The notes: generated by a model from the letters alone, not told the origin. A DNA stretch of 64,000 nucleotides from Chiloscyllium plagiosum (GCF_004010195.1 NC_057718.1:90284933-90348932); one strand, 5' to 3'; shown: positions 37,045 to 49,960, counted from the first letter of the stretch. Made by a program: numbers and translations.

Positions 37045-38050
37045 TCAATTAGGTTAATGGGCTGAAGAGTGGCAGATGGAGTTTAATTTTGATAAATGTG
37101 AGGTATCACATATTGGAAAAACAAACAAAGACATGTCTTACACAATTAGACATAGGGTCTTGGGCAGTGTTGTAGAACAGAGACGTAGGTTCAGCAGCAT
37201 AATTCTTTTAAATCTGTATCACATATCGATAAGAGTTGAAGAGTGTGGTGCTGGAAAAGCACAGCAGGTCAGGCAGCATCTGAGGAGCAGGAAAATCAAC
37301 GTTTCAAGGATAAACCCTTCATCAGGAATGAGGCTCATCAGGAATGTAGGGCTTATGCCTGAAACGTCGCTTCTCCTGCTCCTCGGATGCTACCTGACCT
37401 GCTGTGCTTTTCCAGCACCATACCCTTTGACTCTGAACACATTTCGATAAGGTGTTTAAGGCAGCATTTAGCATGCATGCCTTCATTGCTCAGACCTTTG
37501 AGTGTAGGAGGTGGGATGTGATGCTGAGGTTGTACAGGACATTGGTAAGGCCTCTTCTGGGGTACTGTGTGCAGTTCTGGTCACCCTGTTATAGGAAGGA
37601 TATTATTCAACTAGAGAGGGTTCAGAAGAGATTTAGTAGGGTGTTGGCAGGAATGGAGGATTTGAGTCATAAGGAGTGCCTTGAAAGGCTGGAACTTGCC
37701 TCTGAAATGTAGGAAGTTGAGATGTGACCTTATAGAGATTTATAAAGTGACGAGGGGTATAGATAGGGTGAATGGCAGGTGTCTTTTAAGGTGAGAGGAG
37801 AAAGATTTCAAAAAGTTATGAGGTTTTTTTATGCAGTGAGTGGTTCGTGTGTGGAATGAACTTCCAGAGGAACTGGTGGATGCAGATACAGTTGCAATAT
37901 TTAAAAGACACTTGGATAAGTTCATGAATATGAAAGGTTTGGAGGGATATGGGCCAGGTGCAGGCAGGTTGGACTAGTTTAGTTTGGGATTACGGTCAGC
38001 ATGGACTGGTTGGAGCGAAGGGTCTGTTTCTGTGCTGTATAATTCTGTGA
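37045..38050 (+). mobile_element. CR1-clade LINE 3' part
   Basis: WQMEFNFDKCEVSHIGK; LRLYRTLVRPLLGYCVQFWSPCYRKDIIQLERVQKRF. Confidence 0.9.
37234..37437. mobile_element. PLE-derived palindromic element, family A, with 14-bp TSD
   Basis: Flanked by CACATATCGATAAG / CACATTTCGATAAG; inverted arms GCTGGAAAAGCACAGCAGGTCAGG... Confidence 0.8.
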
Positions 38051-38134
38051 GTGAGTGAGGTAAGTACTATATCTGTCTGAGATTTAATATTGGTACAGAC
38101 CTGGAGGCTCTACTCTCTCTATCTCTGACATTCA

Positions 38135-38500
38135 AGTCAAAAATCACACGACACCAGGTTACAATCCAATGGGTTTATTTGAAAGCACTAGCTTTCAGAG
38201 CGCTGCTCCTTCATCAGGTATCAGTGAGAGAGGAAGACTTTAGACACAGAATTTATAGGGAAAAGATCAAAGGGTCATACAACTCATGCAAACCTAAGGT
38301 GTGTTCAATTCATTTGCATGAGTTGATCTTTTCCTTATAAATTCTGTGTCTAAAGTCTTCCTCTCTCACTGATAGCTGATGAAGGAGCAGCGCTCTGAAA
38401 GCTAGTGCTTTCAAATAAACCCATTGGACTGTAACCTGGTGTCATGTGATTTTTGACATTGTCCAACCCAGTCTGACCCTGGCACCTGCACATCATAGCT
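38135..38500. mobile_element. PLE-derived long palindrome, family B
   Basis: Near-perfect inverted arms of about 140 bp spanning 38136-38457; CTGATGA-A-GGAGC-AGC-GCTCT-GAAA-GCTA at 38376-38404. Confidence 0.85.
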
Positions 38501-38909
38501 GACACAAAAAGAAGACAAGACTCCACTGGCTCCCTTACTCTGCTGGTAGAAAGACTCTCTGCCTATCTCTGGTAACACGTTCCTTCTCCTCCCACAATAA
38601 GAAGAAACCTATGCAGGAGAATAATGGAGCTGACGGATGGACAACCTTAATTGTGTGTAACTTTAGGGGCAAAGGTCTGACGCTGTGTGAGGATAAGGTG
38701 GAAATGGCGATCAGACAGGGAATGTGAGGAAGTGCACAGACACAAAAGGGAGGGCTGGAGTGAAGGGTAATATGCTGAAATACGTTTGGGAAAGTTGATC
38801 GAGGGACATTTCAAATACGGTTGAATATGCGACGATACCCACCTTTCAGTCCTTGGTCAGGACATCAAACCGCTCTCAGCTTTCAGCCAGGATTGTGATG
38901 ACACACTGC

Positions 38910-39237
38910 TCCTACAGTGTGGAAACAGGCCCTTCGCTCCAACAAGTCCACACTGACCCTCTGAAGAGTAACCCACCCAGACCCATTCCCTGTTATCCTA
39001 TATTTACCCCTCACTAATGCACCTAGCGAACACATCCCAGAACAATATGGGCAATTTAGCACAGCCAATTCACCTAACCTGGACTGTGGGAGGAAACTGG
39101 AGCACCCGGAGGAAACCCATGCAGACACGGGGAGAATGTGCAAGCTCTGCACAGACAGTCGCCTGAGGCTGGAATTGAACCTGGGTCCCTGATGCTGTGA
39201 GGCAGCAGTGCTAACCACTGAGCCACCATGCTGCCCC
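38910..39237 (-). mobile_element. HE1-like V-SINE
   Basis: Collinear with other copies. Confidence 0.9.
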
Positions 39238-40054
39238 AGTCACATGCTCCTGTACACCTCCTCCATTTCCTCCAACTGGACCGACTTGGTAATCCTTTCA
39301 GGGTCCCTCCACCACAGAGGACTATCTCCCTACGGGTCATCACAGCGTCTGATTCAGGGGCACGTTTTTCAAGCGAGGTACAGCCTTTGTGTATCTAAAC
39401 TACCAACCTGTCACCTCCTGGTCTTCGACCCTCAAAGCCAGAACCTGTCCGCTTTCCCATTGGTGATCTCCCTTTAACTATGTAGGTTGTCATCACACCC
39501 TCTCTCCCTAAATGACTGGGGAGTACAGAAATAATATGGGCAGTAGTTGGCTTAAAAACCCATTGACAGGTGAATATGTTTGCTCCTGGCATTTCATGTA
39601 CTGTTTAGACAGAGTCATTCAGCTGCCCATGGATATCAACTACACAATGCCAAGATCACCTGCCAACTAATTCCAGACTAATTATTTAGCTTGACGTACT
39701 TGTAACGCCAAAATTAACACAAAGAGCATAAGCAGCAAGTGGTGAAATGTCAGTCAGAATGACACAAGCATCGGGTCCTGGAATGTACCAGTCAGTCCCT
39801 CAAGCTTACTCTGCCATTCTGTGAGGTCAAACCTGTCAAAGAGCCATCACCGATGCACTCTGCTGTTCAGGAATAATTCTGTATGAGCTGTGGGATGTTT
39901 CAATAAGGTCCTTCTATCACTGGAGCTATCTGTAGGTGTAGCAAGAGGAGAGGGTGACCCAAGAGTTCAGGGGGCAAGGGAGTCACCCCACTCGAAGAAG
40001 ACAAAGTGCCATGAATGGTGGGTGACTCAAGGCACGACAGAAGATTAACACATG

Positions 40055-40465
40055 GGCCAGAATTTATTGCCTGTTTGTAATTGCTCTTGAGTAGGTGATG
40101 ATGGTTCAGTTATCTAGAACCTTTGCAGTCCATATGATGTAGGCAGATCTGCTAAACCATCTGAGAGGGGGTATGCCTGGAGTTTGACCCAGAGACAGTG
40201 AAGGAACAGGGATATATTTCCAAGTGAGGATGGTGAGGGACTGGCAGGGGAACTTGCAGGTGACGTGCTTTTAGGTGGTAGATGTCATGGGTTTGGAAAG
40301 CACTGTTTAAACAGCCTTGGTGAATTTCTGCACTGCATCTTCTAGATATTGTTTCTACTGAGCTTTGGTGGTGAAGGGAGTGAAGGTTTGTGGATGTAGT
40401 GCCAATCAAGTGGACTGAATAGACCTGGAAGCTGTCGATTTTCTCGTCTGTTGTTGGAGCAATGG
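40055..40465 (-). mobile_element. Second LINE family, 3' fragment
   Basis: Collinear with 43740-44320; IGTTSTNLHSLHHQ. Confidence 0.75.
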
Positions 40466-40679
40466 ACCGTGGATTCTAACTCCGGCCGGTAGTAAATTAC
40501 ATTTTTGTCTCTCAATTCAGTTTTACCCTCTCACTCTGTATCTCACAATTCAATTTCAATCTCTGTTTCAGTCTTTCCTCTGTGCTCTCTCTTTAAATCT
40601 TAGTAATTCAGGAGACAGGCTCTAGGTCCAATCATTGACCAAGGTCCCAGTTTGCACCTCAGGAAATGTTCAAATAAAA

Positions 40680-40985
40680 AGATGAGGAGAAAATGCAAAG
40701 GGTTCAAAGCCACTAGCTGTACAACATTCCCTGGCTGGGCTAGACCTGGAGTTACTGTGCTTGGTTCAAGGGCCCATATCTTAGGAAGTGTATATTGGCT
40801 TTGGAGATTACCAGAATAAGTTTACCAGAACGATACCTGGACTCAAAACTAAATTACAAGGCAAACTTTGATTGTATTCTCTTGAATTTACACGTTAAGG
40901 GACAGTTTGATGGAGTTTTCAAGAAACTTAGGGAAACAAATGGAGTAGATCAGGATAAATTACTTCTACAAGTTGGGGAGTCTTG
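40680..40985 (+). mobile_element. Highly decayed CR1 RT C-terminal fragment
   Basis: ...DLELLC/PYLRKCILALE...VFKKLRETNGVDQDKLL.QVGES. Confidence 0.55.
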
Positions 40986-41654
40986 GTGCCTTGAATATGT
41001 AACATTATAGGTTTTGTAATAAACTGTAATCTCCTTTTAAAGAGAATGGGTGCAAAGGAGCCTTGAAACATGATTCCCAAAAGTATTTGATTTCATTTGT
41101 GGATTCAACTGTGATTGGTACTGGACTGTACTTATCTCCAGAAGGATCATAAGACATATTGAAATTCAATGCACATTTCTAAGGATAAACATAAACTCAT
41201 TGATAATGTTTCTCTCAAGATGTGAACGGCTTTTTCCTTTCTTACCAAACCTGGAAGAATGGGAGCCAGTTGGGTTAATGGCTAAGACAGCGAAACATTA
41301 ATTATCTTGACTGAATGCTGATGGATGGGACTGTACTCCAGACTTCTGTTAATAACCACTATCTTAAATGGAAACATTATTCAAAGGATTGGGATACCCA
41401 CCATTTTGAGTTGTGAACTGCTTAAAACTGTATCAAACTGTACAAATGTCTGACTAGGAGCAACCATTTGCTGCAAAACTGTAAAGACCATTTCAGCCAT
41501 CACTCTGAGCTGAACTAATTGACAGCAATACCTGAGAGTTGGCTTTTCTCTCTGACATCAGGAGTTCCAGAAGAAGGTGTCCTGAAATCCTCGACTTTCT
41601 GTTGAAAAGGAACCCAGGCAGTTTGAAAGTGTTGTGCTGGCAAACCCCGGTAAG

Positions 41655-41735
41655 GAGTCAAAAAGTGTGGTGTTGGAAAAACACAGCCGGTCAGGCAGCA
41701 TCCGAGGAACAGGAGAGTTGATGGTTCAGACATAA
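41655..41735 (-). mobile_element. PLE family A terminal fragment
   Basis: AAGTGTGGTGTTGGAAAAACACAGCCGGTCAGGCAGCATCCGAGGAACAGGAGAG. Confidence 0.7.
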
Positions 41736-42097
41736 GGAGGAAAGTGACCTTCACTCGCTCCCCAAATCTACTGCTCCTGTTGTGTCCATCGACAAAGGCA
41801 AACTCCAACTGTTCAACTGCTGAAGCCATTGCACAGGCCATATTTGACCTTTCAACTTCAATTCTTTATTCCAGATTACCAACACTCCAAGCTGCAGGAC
41901 TGCAAAGATCTGACTGAAAGTTAGCTTTACAAGGCTGTCTTGTGCTTATCTGCATGGATGTACCTGGTCAGTAAATTTATCACCTTTATTTAAATAGCTT
42001 TCTGCAATGTTTTGTAATATCTTGGTTATGGCTAAAGCTTTGCTGTTGATTATTTTTAAATTAAATCGCTCACAAATTAACAGAGGGTTTTTTTTGT

Positions 42098-42272
42098 TAA
42101 GAATCCCTACCATGTGGACATAGGCCCTTTGGCCCAACAAGTTCACACTGACCCTCCAAAGAGTAACCCACCCAGACCCATTCCCCTCCTCTATTATCCT
42201 ACATTTACCCCTCACTAATGCACCTAATCTATACATCCCTGAACACCATGGGCAATTTAACATGGCCAATTC
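42098..42272 (-). mobile_element. HE1-like SINE 3' half
   Basis: Tail and body only. Confidence 0.8.
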
Positions 42273-42279
42273 CTTGACA

Positions 42280-42450
42280 GCGGGCCTGGTAGATGGATGC
42301 TCTAGATGGGAGGTTGGCCTTTGTGATTGCCTGGGCCGAGTTCACCACTCTCTGTAACCGTCTCCGATCCTGAATGGTACAGTTGCCACACCAGGTAGCG
42401 ATACACCCAGACAGGATGCTCTCGATGGCGCACCTATAAAAGTTGGCTTA
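42280..42450 (-). mobile_element. Rex1/Babar-like LINE C-terminal fragment
   Basis: Minus strand NFYRCAIESILSGCIATWCGNCTIQDRRRLQRVVNSAQAITKANLPS. Confidence 0.8.
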
Positions 42451-43734
42451 AAGTGTTGGTGATGTAATCGCGTTACAGCCAACACACATTTTAAAAGTTT
42501 GCACTGTAAAAACAGAGACCCCAGTTCATCAATCATGTTACAACGAACTCATGTTGAGGAAACACGTGTTGTGCAGGACGACCTAAAGGGGAAAGAACAC
42601 TGTCTGACCAGCACTTCATATTCATTCGATTCTCTCGTCCCACTGTCTTCATCACAATTGTTACAAGCTGTTGTTCTCCTTTAAACTTAACCTGTTGTAA
42701 GGTATACAATGAATCATCTGAATTTTTATCCGACATCTCTCTAGCACCTACATTTGATGTATCAGAATCGTGCTAACACCTCTATCGATCATCTCTGTAG
42801 GATTTAAATGCTTGCCTGTTTTCATCCTGGCTTAAACATACAAACACAAAAATCAGGAACTGAACCAGGCCATTTGACACTTCAGGTCTGCTTCACCATT
42901 CAATAAGATCATTGTTTCCCAAATTCCACATTGCCATCTTAATTTTTGATTCCCCTACCTACAAAGAATTTATCTGCCTCCCATGATCCCATTCCCACCG
43001 CCTTCTGAGGTAGGCAGCTCCTCAGAGAGAGTAGATTTCCCTTCATTGCCTCAGTAAAAGGACGACCTCTGATTTTAAACCAGTTTCCCCTGGTTTTACA
43101 CTGACCCAGAAGAGGAGAAATTCGTTCCATGTCCACTCTTTCGAGGTCATTCAGGATCTTATAAACTTCAATCAAATCACCCCTTGCTCTTCTAAACCCG
43201 AGTGAAAACAAATCCAGCCTGTCCATCATTCCTCATCAGACAGCCAGTTCATTCCACAGATTAATCCAATAAACTATTTCAGACCCATTTCCAATGTATT
43301 TATCTCCTTTCTTAAGTAAGGAGATCAGAACTGCCCACAGTATTCGAGATGTGGTCTAAGCAAAGCCCCGTATAACAGAAGCATAATGAATTTACTTTCA
43401 TGTTCAATTCTTCTCATTGTAAAGGACAGCATTCCATTAGCTTTCTTAATTACTTGCAGTACTTGTATAGTAACCTTTGATGACTCAATACTAGAGCACC
43501 AAGGTCCTTCTGCAATGTTCTGCATCTCAATAGTATTTTATGCTTCCTGTCAAACTGAATGCCTTCATATTTTCCCAATTGCATTCCAAGTGCCAGATTT
43601 TTGACTGTGCACATAACCTGCCATACCAGTCTGCATCCTTATTAGGTCAAATTCACCACATACTTTCCTCCTTACCTTTGTGTCATCTGCAAATTTAGTT
43701 CACGTACCTTTGAACCTATCACATAAGATTTTGT

Positions 43735-44628
43735 AATTCATCCGTGGAATAGCTGGCCCAACATTTATTGCCCGTCCCTCCTTGTCCTTGAGGATCTTTT
43801 TAGATTAGATTAGATTCCCTATAGTGTGGAAACAGGCCCTTCGGCCCAACCAGTCCACACCGACCCTCCGAAGAGCAACCCACCCAGACCCATTTCCCTC
43901 TGACTAATGCACCTAACAGCTCAGCTTCCTTCTTGAACTGCCGAAGTCTGCTTTCTGTGGATTGATCCACAATGCCATTAAGAGAGTGAGTTACATGATT
44001 TTGACCCAGCGACCCTGAAGGGACAGCGATGTATTCCCAATTCAGGATGGCAAGTGACTTGGAGGGGAACTTGCAGGTGGTTGTGTTCCCATGTATTTGG
44101 GGCCTTTGTCTTTCCAGATGGAAGTGGCCAAGGGTTTGTAAGATGCTATTTAAGGAACCTTGGTGTATTTCTGTAGTGGAATTTGTAGATGGTACATGCT
44201 GCTGCTACTGCATGTCGGCAGTGGAAAGAGTGAGTGTTCATGGAGGTGGTGCCAATCAAGCAGGCTGCTTTGTCCTGAATGGTGTCAAACTTCTTGAGTG
44301 TTGTTGGAGCTGTACCCATCCAGGCAAATGGGGAGTGTTCCACCACACTCCTGACCTGTGCCTTGTAGATGGTAGCTGGGCTTTGGGGAATCAGGAGGTG
44401 AGTTATTTGCTGCAAGATTCCTTGCCTCTAACCTGCTCTTGTAGCCACTGCACTTGTATAACTAGTCTAGTTCACTGTCTGGACAACAGTAACTCCCAGG
44501 ATATTGACAATGGGGTTCCAGTAAAGCCATTGTATATCAGATGTGAATGGATTAGATTCTCTCTTGTTGGAGATGGTCATTGTGGTACTTGCCTGGTACA
44601 AATGTTATTTTCCACTTGTCATCCCTAG
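43735..44628 (-). mobile_element. Second CR1/L2-group LINE family, 3' part
   Basis: HLLIPQSPATIYKAQVRSVVEHSPFAWMGTAPTTLKKFDTIQDKAACLIG; 3' end GGGCAATAAATGTTGGGCC on minus strand. Confidence 0.85.
43800..43917 (-). mobile_element. HE1-like SINE 3' tail nested in the second-family LINE
   Basis: (TAGAT)3TCCCTATAGTGTGGAAACAGGCCCTTCGGCCC. Confidence 0.85.
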
Positions 44629-44864
44629 GCATTGTATAAATTGTAAAAAGTTGAATGCCCACTGCAGATCCCTCATGATCCCACTCATTGCTTCCTGCTG
44701 ATTAGGCCAAGACCCATCATGCATACTCAATTTTCTGCAGCCAGCCAATCATGTCCATTCTACTATGATACCCTTATCCCATGACCCTCCAACTTTGTGC
44801 AAAAACCTGTTAAATTGGAATCTTATCAAATGCCACCTGGAAATCCAAATTCAATACATCAAAA

Positions 44865-45437
44865 ATAGAAAAGTAGAGAATAGGTGCAGGAATAAGCCAT
44901 TCGGCCCTTCGAGACTGCACTACCATCCAATATGATCATGGCTGATCAGGCAATCTCAGTATCCCCTCCCACTTTCCCCCCCATACCCCTTGATCCCTTT
45001 AGCCTCAAGGGCCATGTCCAGCTCCCTCCTGATTTTATCTAAAAAAACTGGTCCCAACCGCTTTCTGTGGTAGGGAGCTCCACAGGTTCACAACTCTCTG
45101 AGTAAAGAAATTCTTCCTCCTCTTGGTCCTGAACGGCTTACACCTTATTCTTAAAGTGAGACACTCAGTTCTGAACTTACCCAACATCAGGAACATTCTT
45201 CCTGCATCTAGCCTGTCCAGTTCCATCAGAATTTTATGAGATCCCCCTCATTCTTCTAAATTCCAGTGAGTACAAGCCCAGTCGATCCAGTCTTTCTTCA
45301 TATGTCCGTCCTGCCATCCCGGGAATCAGGCTGGTGAACCTTCGCTGGACTCCCTCAATAACAGGAATGTCTTTCCTCCGACTAGGAGATTAAAGCTGCA
45401 CACAATACTCAAGGTGTGACCTTACCAAGGCCCTGTA
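44865..45437 (-). mobile_element. CR1-clade LINE 3' fragment
   Basis: YRALVRSHLEYCVQL; RKNFFTQRVVNLWSSLPQKAV. Confidence 0.88.
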
Positions 45438-45711
45438 TGGAATTGTAGGAAGGATGGAGACACAGATTTGAGAGGCAGTAGGATACACAAAGACTTTGAA
45501 GAGGGAAGGGCAGTTGTCAACTGGGGCACTGAGAGCAATAGTTTTTCTGTGAGATGGGAATGGAAGGAGCAATGATAGATATGAAGAATTGGGGGGGGGG
45601 GGGGGTGTTACATGGATTGACTGCCTTCATTGACTGCCTGCAGATGGTGTGCTTTTTGAGCAAAATAGAATGTATCTGCAAATACAATTGTCTTAAGATC
45701 CTTTTCCAAAG

Positions 45712-45800
45712 CTACCTGATTAAGGAACATTGATCCGAAAGCTCGTGCTTCCAAATAAACCTGTTGGACTATAACCTGGAGTTGTGTGTATTTTTTATTT
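45712..45800 (+). mobile_element. PLE family B terminal fragment
   Basis: CCTGATTAAGG...CCGAAAGCTCGTGCTTCCAAATAAACCTGTTGGACTATAACCTGG. Confidence 0.7.
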
Positions 45801-45900
45801 TATGGTGAGAGGGGAAAGATTTAAAAAAGACATGAGGGGCAACTTTTTTTTACACAGAGCATGATTCCCGTGTGGAAGTTCATTCTTGTTGGGGTAACAT

Positions 45901-46528
45901 GTGGATTAGTGGTGCTGGAAGAGCACAGCAGTTCAGGCAGCATCCAAGGATCAGTAAAATCGACGTTTCAGGGAAAAGCCCTTCATCAGGAATAAAGGCA
46001 GAGAGCCTGAAGGGTGGAGAGATAAGCTAGAGGAGGATGGGGTTGGGGAGAAAGTAGCATAGAGTACAATAGGTGAGTGGGGGAGGGGATGAAGGTGATA
46101 GGTCNNNNNNNNNNNNNNNNNNNNNNNNNNNNNNNNNNNNNNNNNNNNNNNNNNNNNNNNNNNNNNNNNNNNNNNNNNNNNNNNNNNNNNNNNNNNNNNN
46201 NNNNNNNNNNNNNNNNNNNNNNNNNNNNNNNNNNNNNNNNNNNNNNNNNNNNNNNNNNNNNNNNNNNNNNNNNNNNNNNNNNNNNNNNNNNNNNNNNNNN
46301 NNNNNNNNNNNNNNNNNNNNNNNNNNNNNNNNNNNNNNNNNNNNNNNNNNNNNNNNNNNNNNNNNNNNNNNNNNNNNNNNNNNNNNNNNNNNNNNNNNNN
46401 NNNNNNNNNNNNNNNNNNNNNNNNNNNNNNNNNNNNNNNNNNNNNNNNNNNNNNNNNNNNNNNNNNNNNNNNNNNNNNNNNNNNNNNNNNNNNNNNNNNN
46501 NNNNNNNNNNNNNNNNNNNNNNNTTACC
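45901..46528 (-). mobile_element. PLE family A insertion spanning the N gap
   Basis: pLTR sequence at 45901-46104; TTGGGGTAACAT at 45889-45900 and 46529-46540 (putative TSD). Confidence 0.7.
46105..46523. other. Assembly gap (N run)
   Basis: Ns in sequence. Confidence 1.
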
Positions 46529-46540
46529 TTGGGGTAACAT

Positions 46541-46825
46541 TAGATTAGATTAGATTAGATTACAGTGTGGAAACAGGCCCTTCGGCCCAACAAGTCCACA
46601 CCGACCCGCCGAAGCGCAACCCACCCAGACCCATTCCCCTCTTCACCTAACACTACGGGCAATTTAGCATGGCCAATTCACCTGACCTGCACATCTTTGG
46701 ACTGTGGGAGGAAACCGGAGTATCCGGAGGAAACTCCACACAGTCAGTCGCCTGAGGCGGGAATTGAACCCGGGTCTCTGGTGCTGTGAGGCAGCAGTGC
46801 TAACCACTGTGCCACCGTGCCGCCC
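46541..46825 (-). mobile_element. HE1-like V-SINE (young, CpGs retained)
   Basis: (TAGAT)4 tail, head GCGGCACGGTGGCACAGTGGTTAGC on minus strand. Confidence 0.92.
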
Positions 46826-47749
46826 CGCCAGGTCAACATGCTATTCATTCAGTTAGCTACTGCTGTGTCTGGGTGTGTCCTGTTAGCTGTGATTTGTGAT
46901 GTGTTACACATTGTTTTGCTCCTTATTGTAATTGAGGGACTCGGGGCTGCCAAAATTACAGGACTCACACATTCAATTTAACAAAATACTAGCCAAGTGT
47001 TAAGCAAACAACAACTAATGGAAGGTAACAGCTCTGGATTTTGTGGGCTGTGAGTTCAGATTGTCTTTGTCCTCTTTGCTATTTAGATCCAGGCTAAGTG
47101 TCTCCTCAATAGTACTGAAGCCAATATCAACTTTCACTGTCATCGTTATGCATTGGTACAATCGATGAAATTTCACCTTTCTCTGGTTTTGGATGCAAGA
47201 TGTGCATTTGAAGGAGATGTGATTCAATAATTGTCAAAAAGAATTATCGTAATTGTTTCCAATAATCCAAAAATAAATGAGGACATGGCCCCTCAGATGA
47301 TAACATTTCCATTCTTTATTAATACATGTCTGAGTAGGTGAACTTACTGTTCATTTCCAGTGTTGGAGCCCATCAAGAGCAGGAGCAAACCAAATATAAC
47401 TTGGTCTCCTGCATCATTTTCAGGTCAAATTGCACAATGAGATAACGTATGGCATGGTGCGATTTCACCCCACAAGGGAGGATGAGTGCATCTGCAATTC
47501 AAAGCTCTGCAACAATGTCATGGTGGTAGACACGGCAAGGAGTTCAAGGCGAGGCGACACCCACCACAGTAACAGAAACCAGTGCTGGTGCCCATCCTAT
47601 TCGAAAATGAACCGGAATAATGGCCAGCAAGCATCAGAGACTATGGAGGCCAAAGCCTGGTATTCTTTGGAGCACAACACTCGGTTGTAAGCTTACAATT
47701 AACACAGGAACAGGAAGAGGCCATTGAGCCACTAAGAATTTGTTCATTC

Positions 47750-48020
47750 AGTCATAGAGTCACACAGTACGACAACACACTTTTCAGTCCATCCAATCCA
47801 TGTCGACCATAATCCCAAACTAAACTAGTCCCATCTGCCTGCACTTGACCTGTATCCCTCCAATTCTTTCTTATTCATGTACTTAGCCAAAAGTCTTTTA
47901 AACATTGTAACTGTACCCGCATCCATCATTCCCTCTGGAAGTTCATTCCACACACGAATCACTCTGTATAAAAATGTTGCCCCTCATGTCTTTTTTAAAG
48001 CTTTCCCCTCTCTCCTTAAA
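47750..48020 (-). mobile_element. CR1 3' tail fragment
   Basis: Reverse complement of the CR1 3' UTR seen at 37790-38045. Confidence 0.75.
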
Positions 48021-48024
48021 AGTA

Positions 48025-48700
48025 AAACAAATCATACAACACCAGGTTATAGTCCAACAGATTTATTTGGAAGCACTAGCTTTCAGAGCAATGCTCCTTC
48101 GTCAGGCAGCTTTGGAAGAGGATCATAAGTCACAGAGTTTATAGCAAAAGATTACAGAACCATGCAATTTAAATGATATATTGAACAAACCTAGATTACT
48201 GTTAAATCTTCATATTTTAGAATGGGTTGTGAATGAGAGAGAGCACATGTATGAGAGAGGTCACATTACAGGTGACCCCACGACACTATATACACACTCT
48301 TACATACTCACACAATCACGCAGACCCTGTCTCATACACACACACTCACAGGCGTTTACTCCATGACACTCACACACACACTTTACCAAGCATACACATA
48401 TGCAAACACACACTCTGTCACGCGCACTCACATTCTCATGCACACACTCACTCTCTCTCTCCCTCGCATGCACACACATACACATATAAATCTCTGGGGT
48501 GAATTAGCATCTGCAGAATTGTACTTGCAGATACATTCTATTTTGCTCAATAAGCACACAATCTGCAGGCAGTCAATCCATGTAACGTTTTATAAATTCC
48601 TACTCTGGAAATAGAACGAGTTTGACTCAAGATTGGGCTACAGACAGACTCTAATGTCACACCTTTAATGCATTGCCTGAACTGAGATGTCAGACTTTTA
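48025..48700 (-). mobile_element. PLE family B longer fragment with internal CA-rich tract
   Basis: CAACACCAGGTTATAGTCCAACAG...GCTCCTTCGTCAGG followed by sequence related to the 38220-38290 arm. Confidence 0.6.
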
Positions 48701-49678
48701 TTATGTCAGGCAATCAAAGATTATGAAACAAAGCCAGATGAATAGAGTTGAGATACAGATCTGATTAAAATCTAACTAAATTACAGATTAAAATGAGCTT
48801 TTTAACGGGCTTCCAGGGTCTATGGGATTTCGTGTTGTTTCAATGCGCTAATTGTGATTTTTGAAACATCTCTTTCTGCTCCCTGTGCACTCTAACCGTT
48901 ATTCTCAATAACAAAATTCCCTGTCATATGTTTCACTTCAATCCACTTTTGTCAGATTTTTCCACATCACTGAAACACTTTGTTCGAGATCTATAGCCCT
49001 CCATGGATTCCCTTGATGGTGCAGTCAATACCACATCCGGCATCAAGCTGGTTACTCCTCACTGGAGGTAGAAAGGAAATCTTGTCCCTCTCCCCTCTCG
49101 TTAACAACTCTTCAGCCAACAGGGCAACTTCTGAGTCAACAAGGCACATGATCAGCAGCTTTTGAATCACGTGTGCAAGCTATGGTGAGATTCTGCTCTG
49201 TTAAAAAAGCACCCTGCACTCCATATCTGTAAATTATACTTGCAGAGTCAAGATTACAATAACTTGCTTGTGACTTCAGGTTAAATTCTCTGCAGCAGCA
49301 AGAAATAGCACGTCTTAATTAATTTTTAATCATGTTCGACGGTAATTAAATCAGAAAGCCATTTCCTGTATGATACTCTGCTCTAACGAGACAAAGTGTA
49401 GTGGTAAGATATAGAGCACTCTTAGAAATGCTTGTGTTTTATCCAGTGCCTAGCAAAGGGATTAAAAACTGTTCTCTTCAAAAGCTGGTAGCGATTGCTG
49501 CACACACTTTTGACAGTCATTCCTTTTTTGTTGTGGAGACCAAAGAATAAAAAATAAAGTATTCCAGAATCTGGTTATTAATGGAGAGTCCGCCAAGTCA
49601 GCACAGTGGTTTAAAATTACAAGTGGTCTTCTTTTATCCTCAACCATTTAATGTTCTAGAGATTCAATTATATTGAGG

Positions 49679-49960
49679 TTAGATTAGATTCTCTACTGTG
49701 TGGAAACAGGCCATTCAGCCCAACTAGTCCACACCGACGCTCCAAAGAGACCCATTCCCCCTGAATGATGCACCTAACTCTATGCGCAATTTAGCATTGC
49801 CAATTCACCTAACCTACACATCTTTGGATTGTGGAAAGAAACTGGAGCACCCAGAGGAAACCCAAGCAGACATGGGGAGAATGTGCAAATTCCTCACAGA
49901 CAGTCACCCAAGGCTGGAATCAAACCCAGGTCCCTGGTGCTGTGCGGCAGCAGTGCTAAC
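49679..49960 (-). mobile_element. HE1-like V-SINE
   Basis: Collinear with other copies. Confidence 0.88.

Larger units (their letters stand above)
42835..44860 (-). mobile_element. Old CR1-clade LINE (42835-43725 and 44635-44860) split by a second-family LINE
   Basis: KKANGMLSF..LLYGALLRPHLEYCGQF; RGDLIEVYKIL; the upstream RT part (LDFQVAFDKIP) resumes at 44635-44860. Confidence 0.8.

Noticed and set aside
44029..44628. 199-aa plus-strand ORF
   Set aside because: Antisense frame of a LINE RT fragment.
45986..46553. Long ORFs across N runs (also 6585-7161 and 54280-54977)
   Set aside because: Artefacts of assembly gaps.
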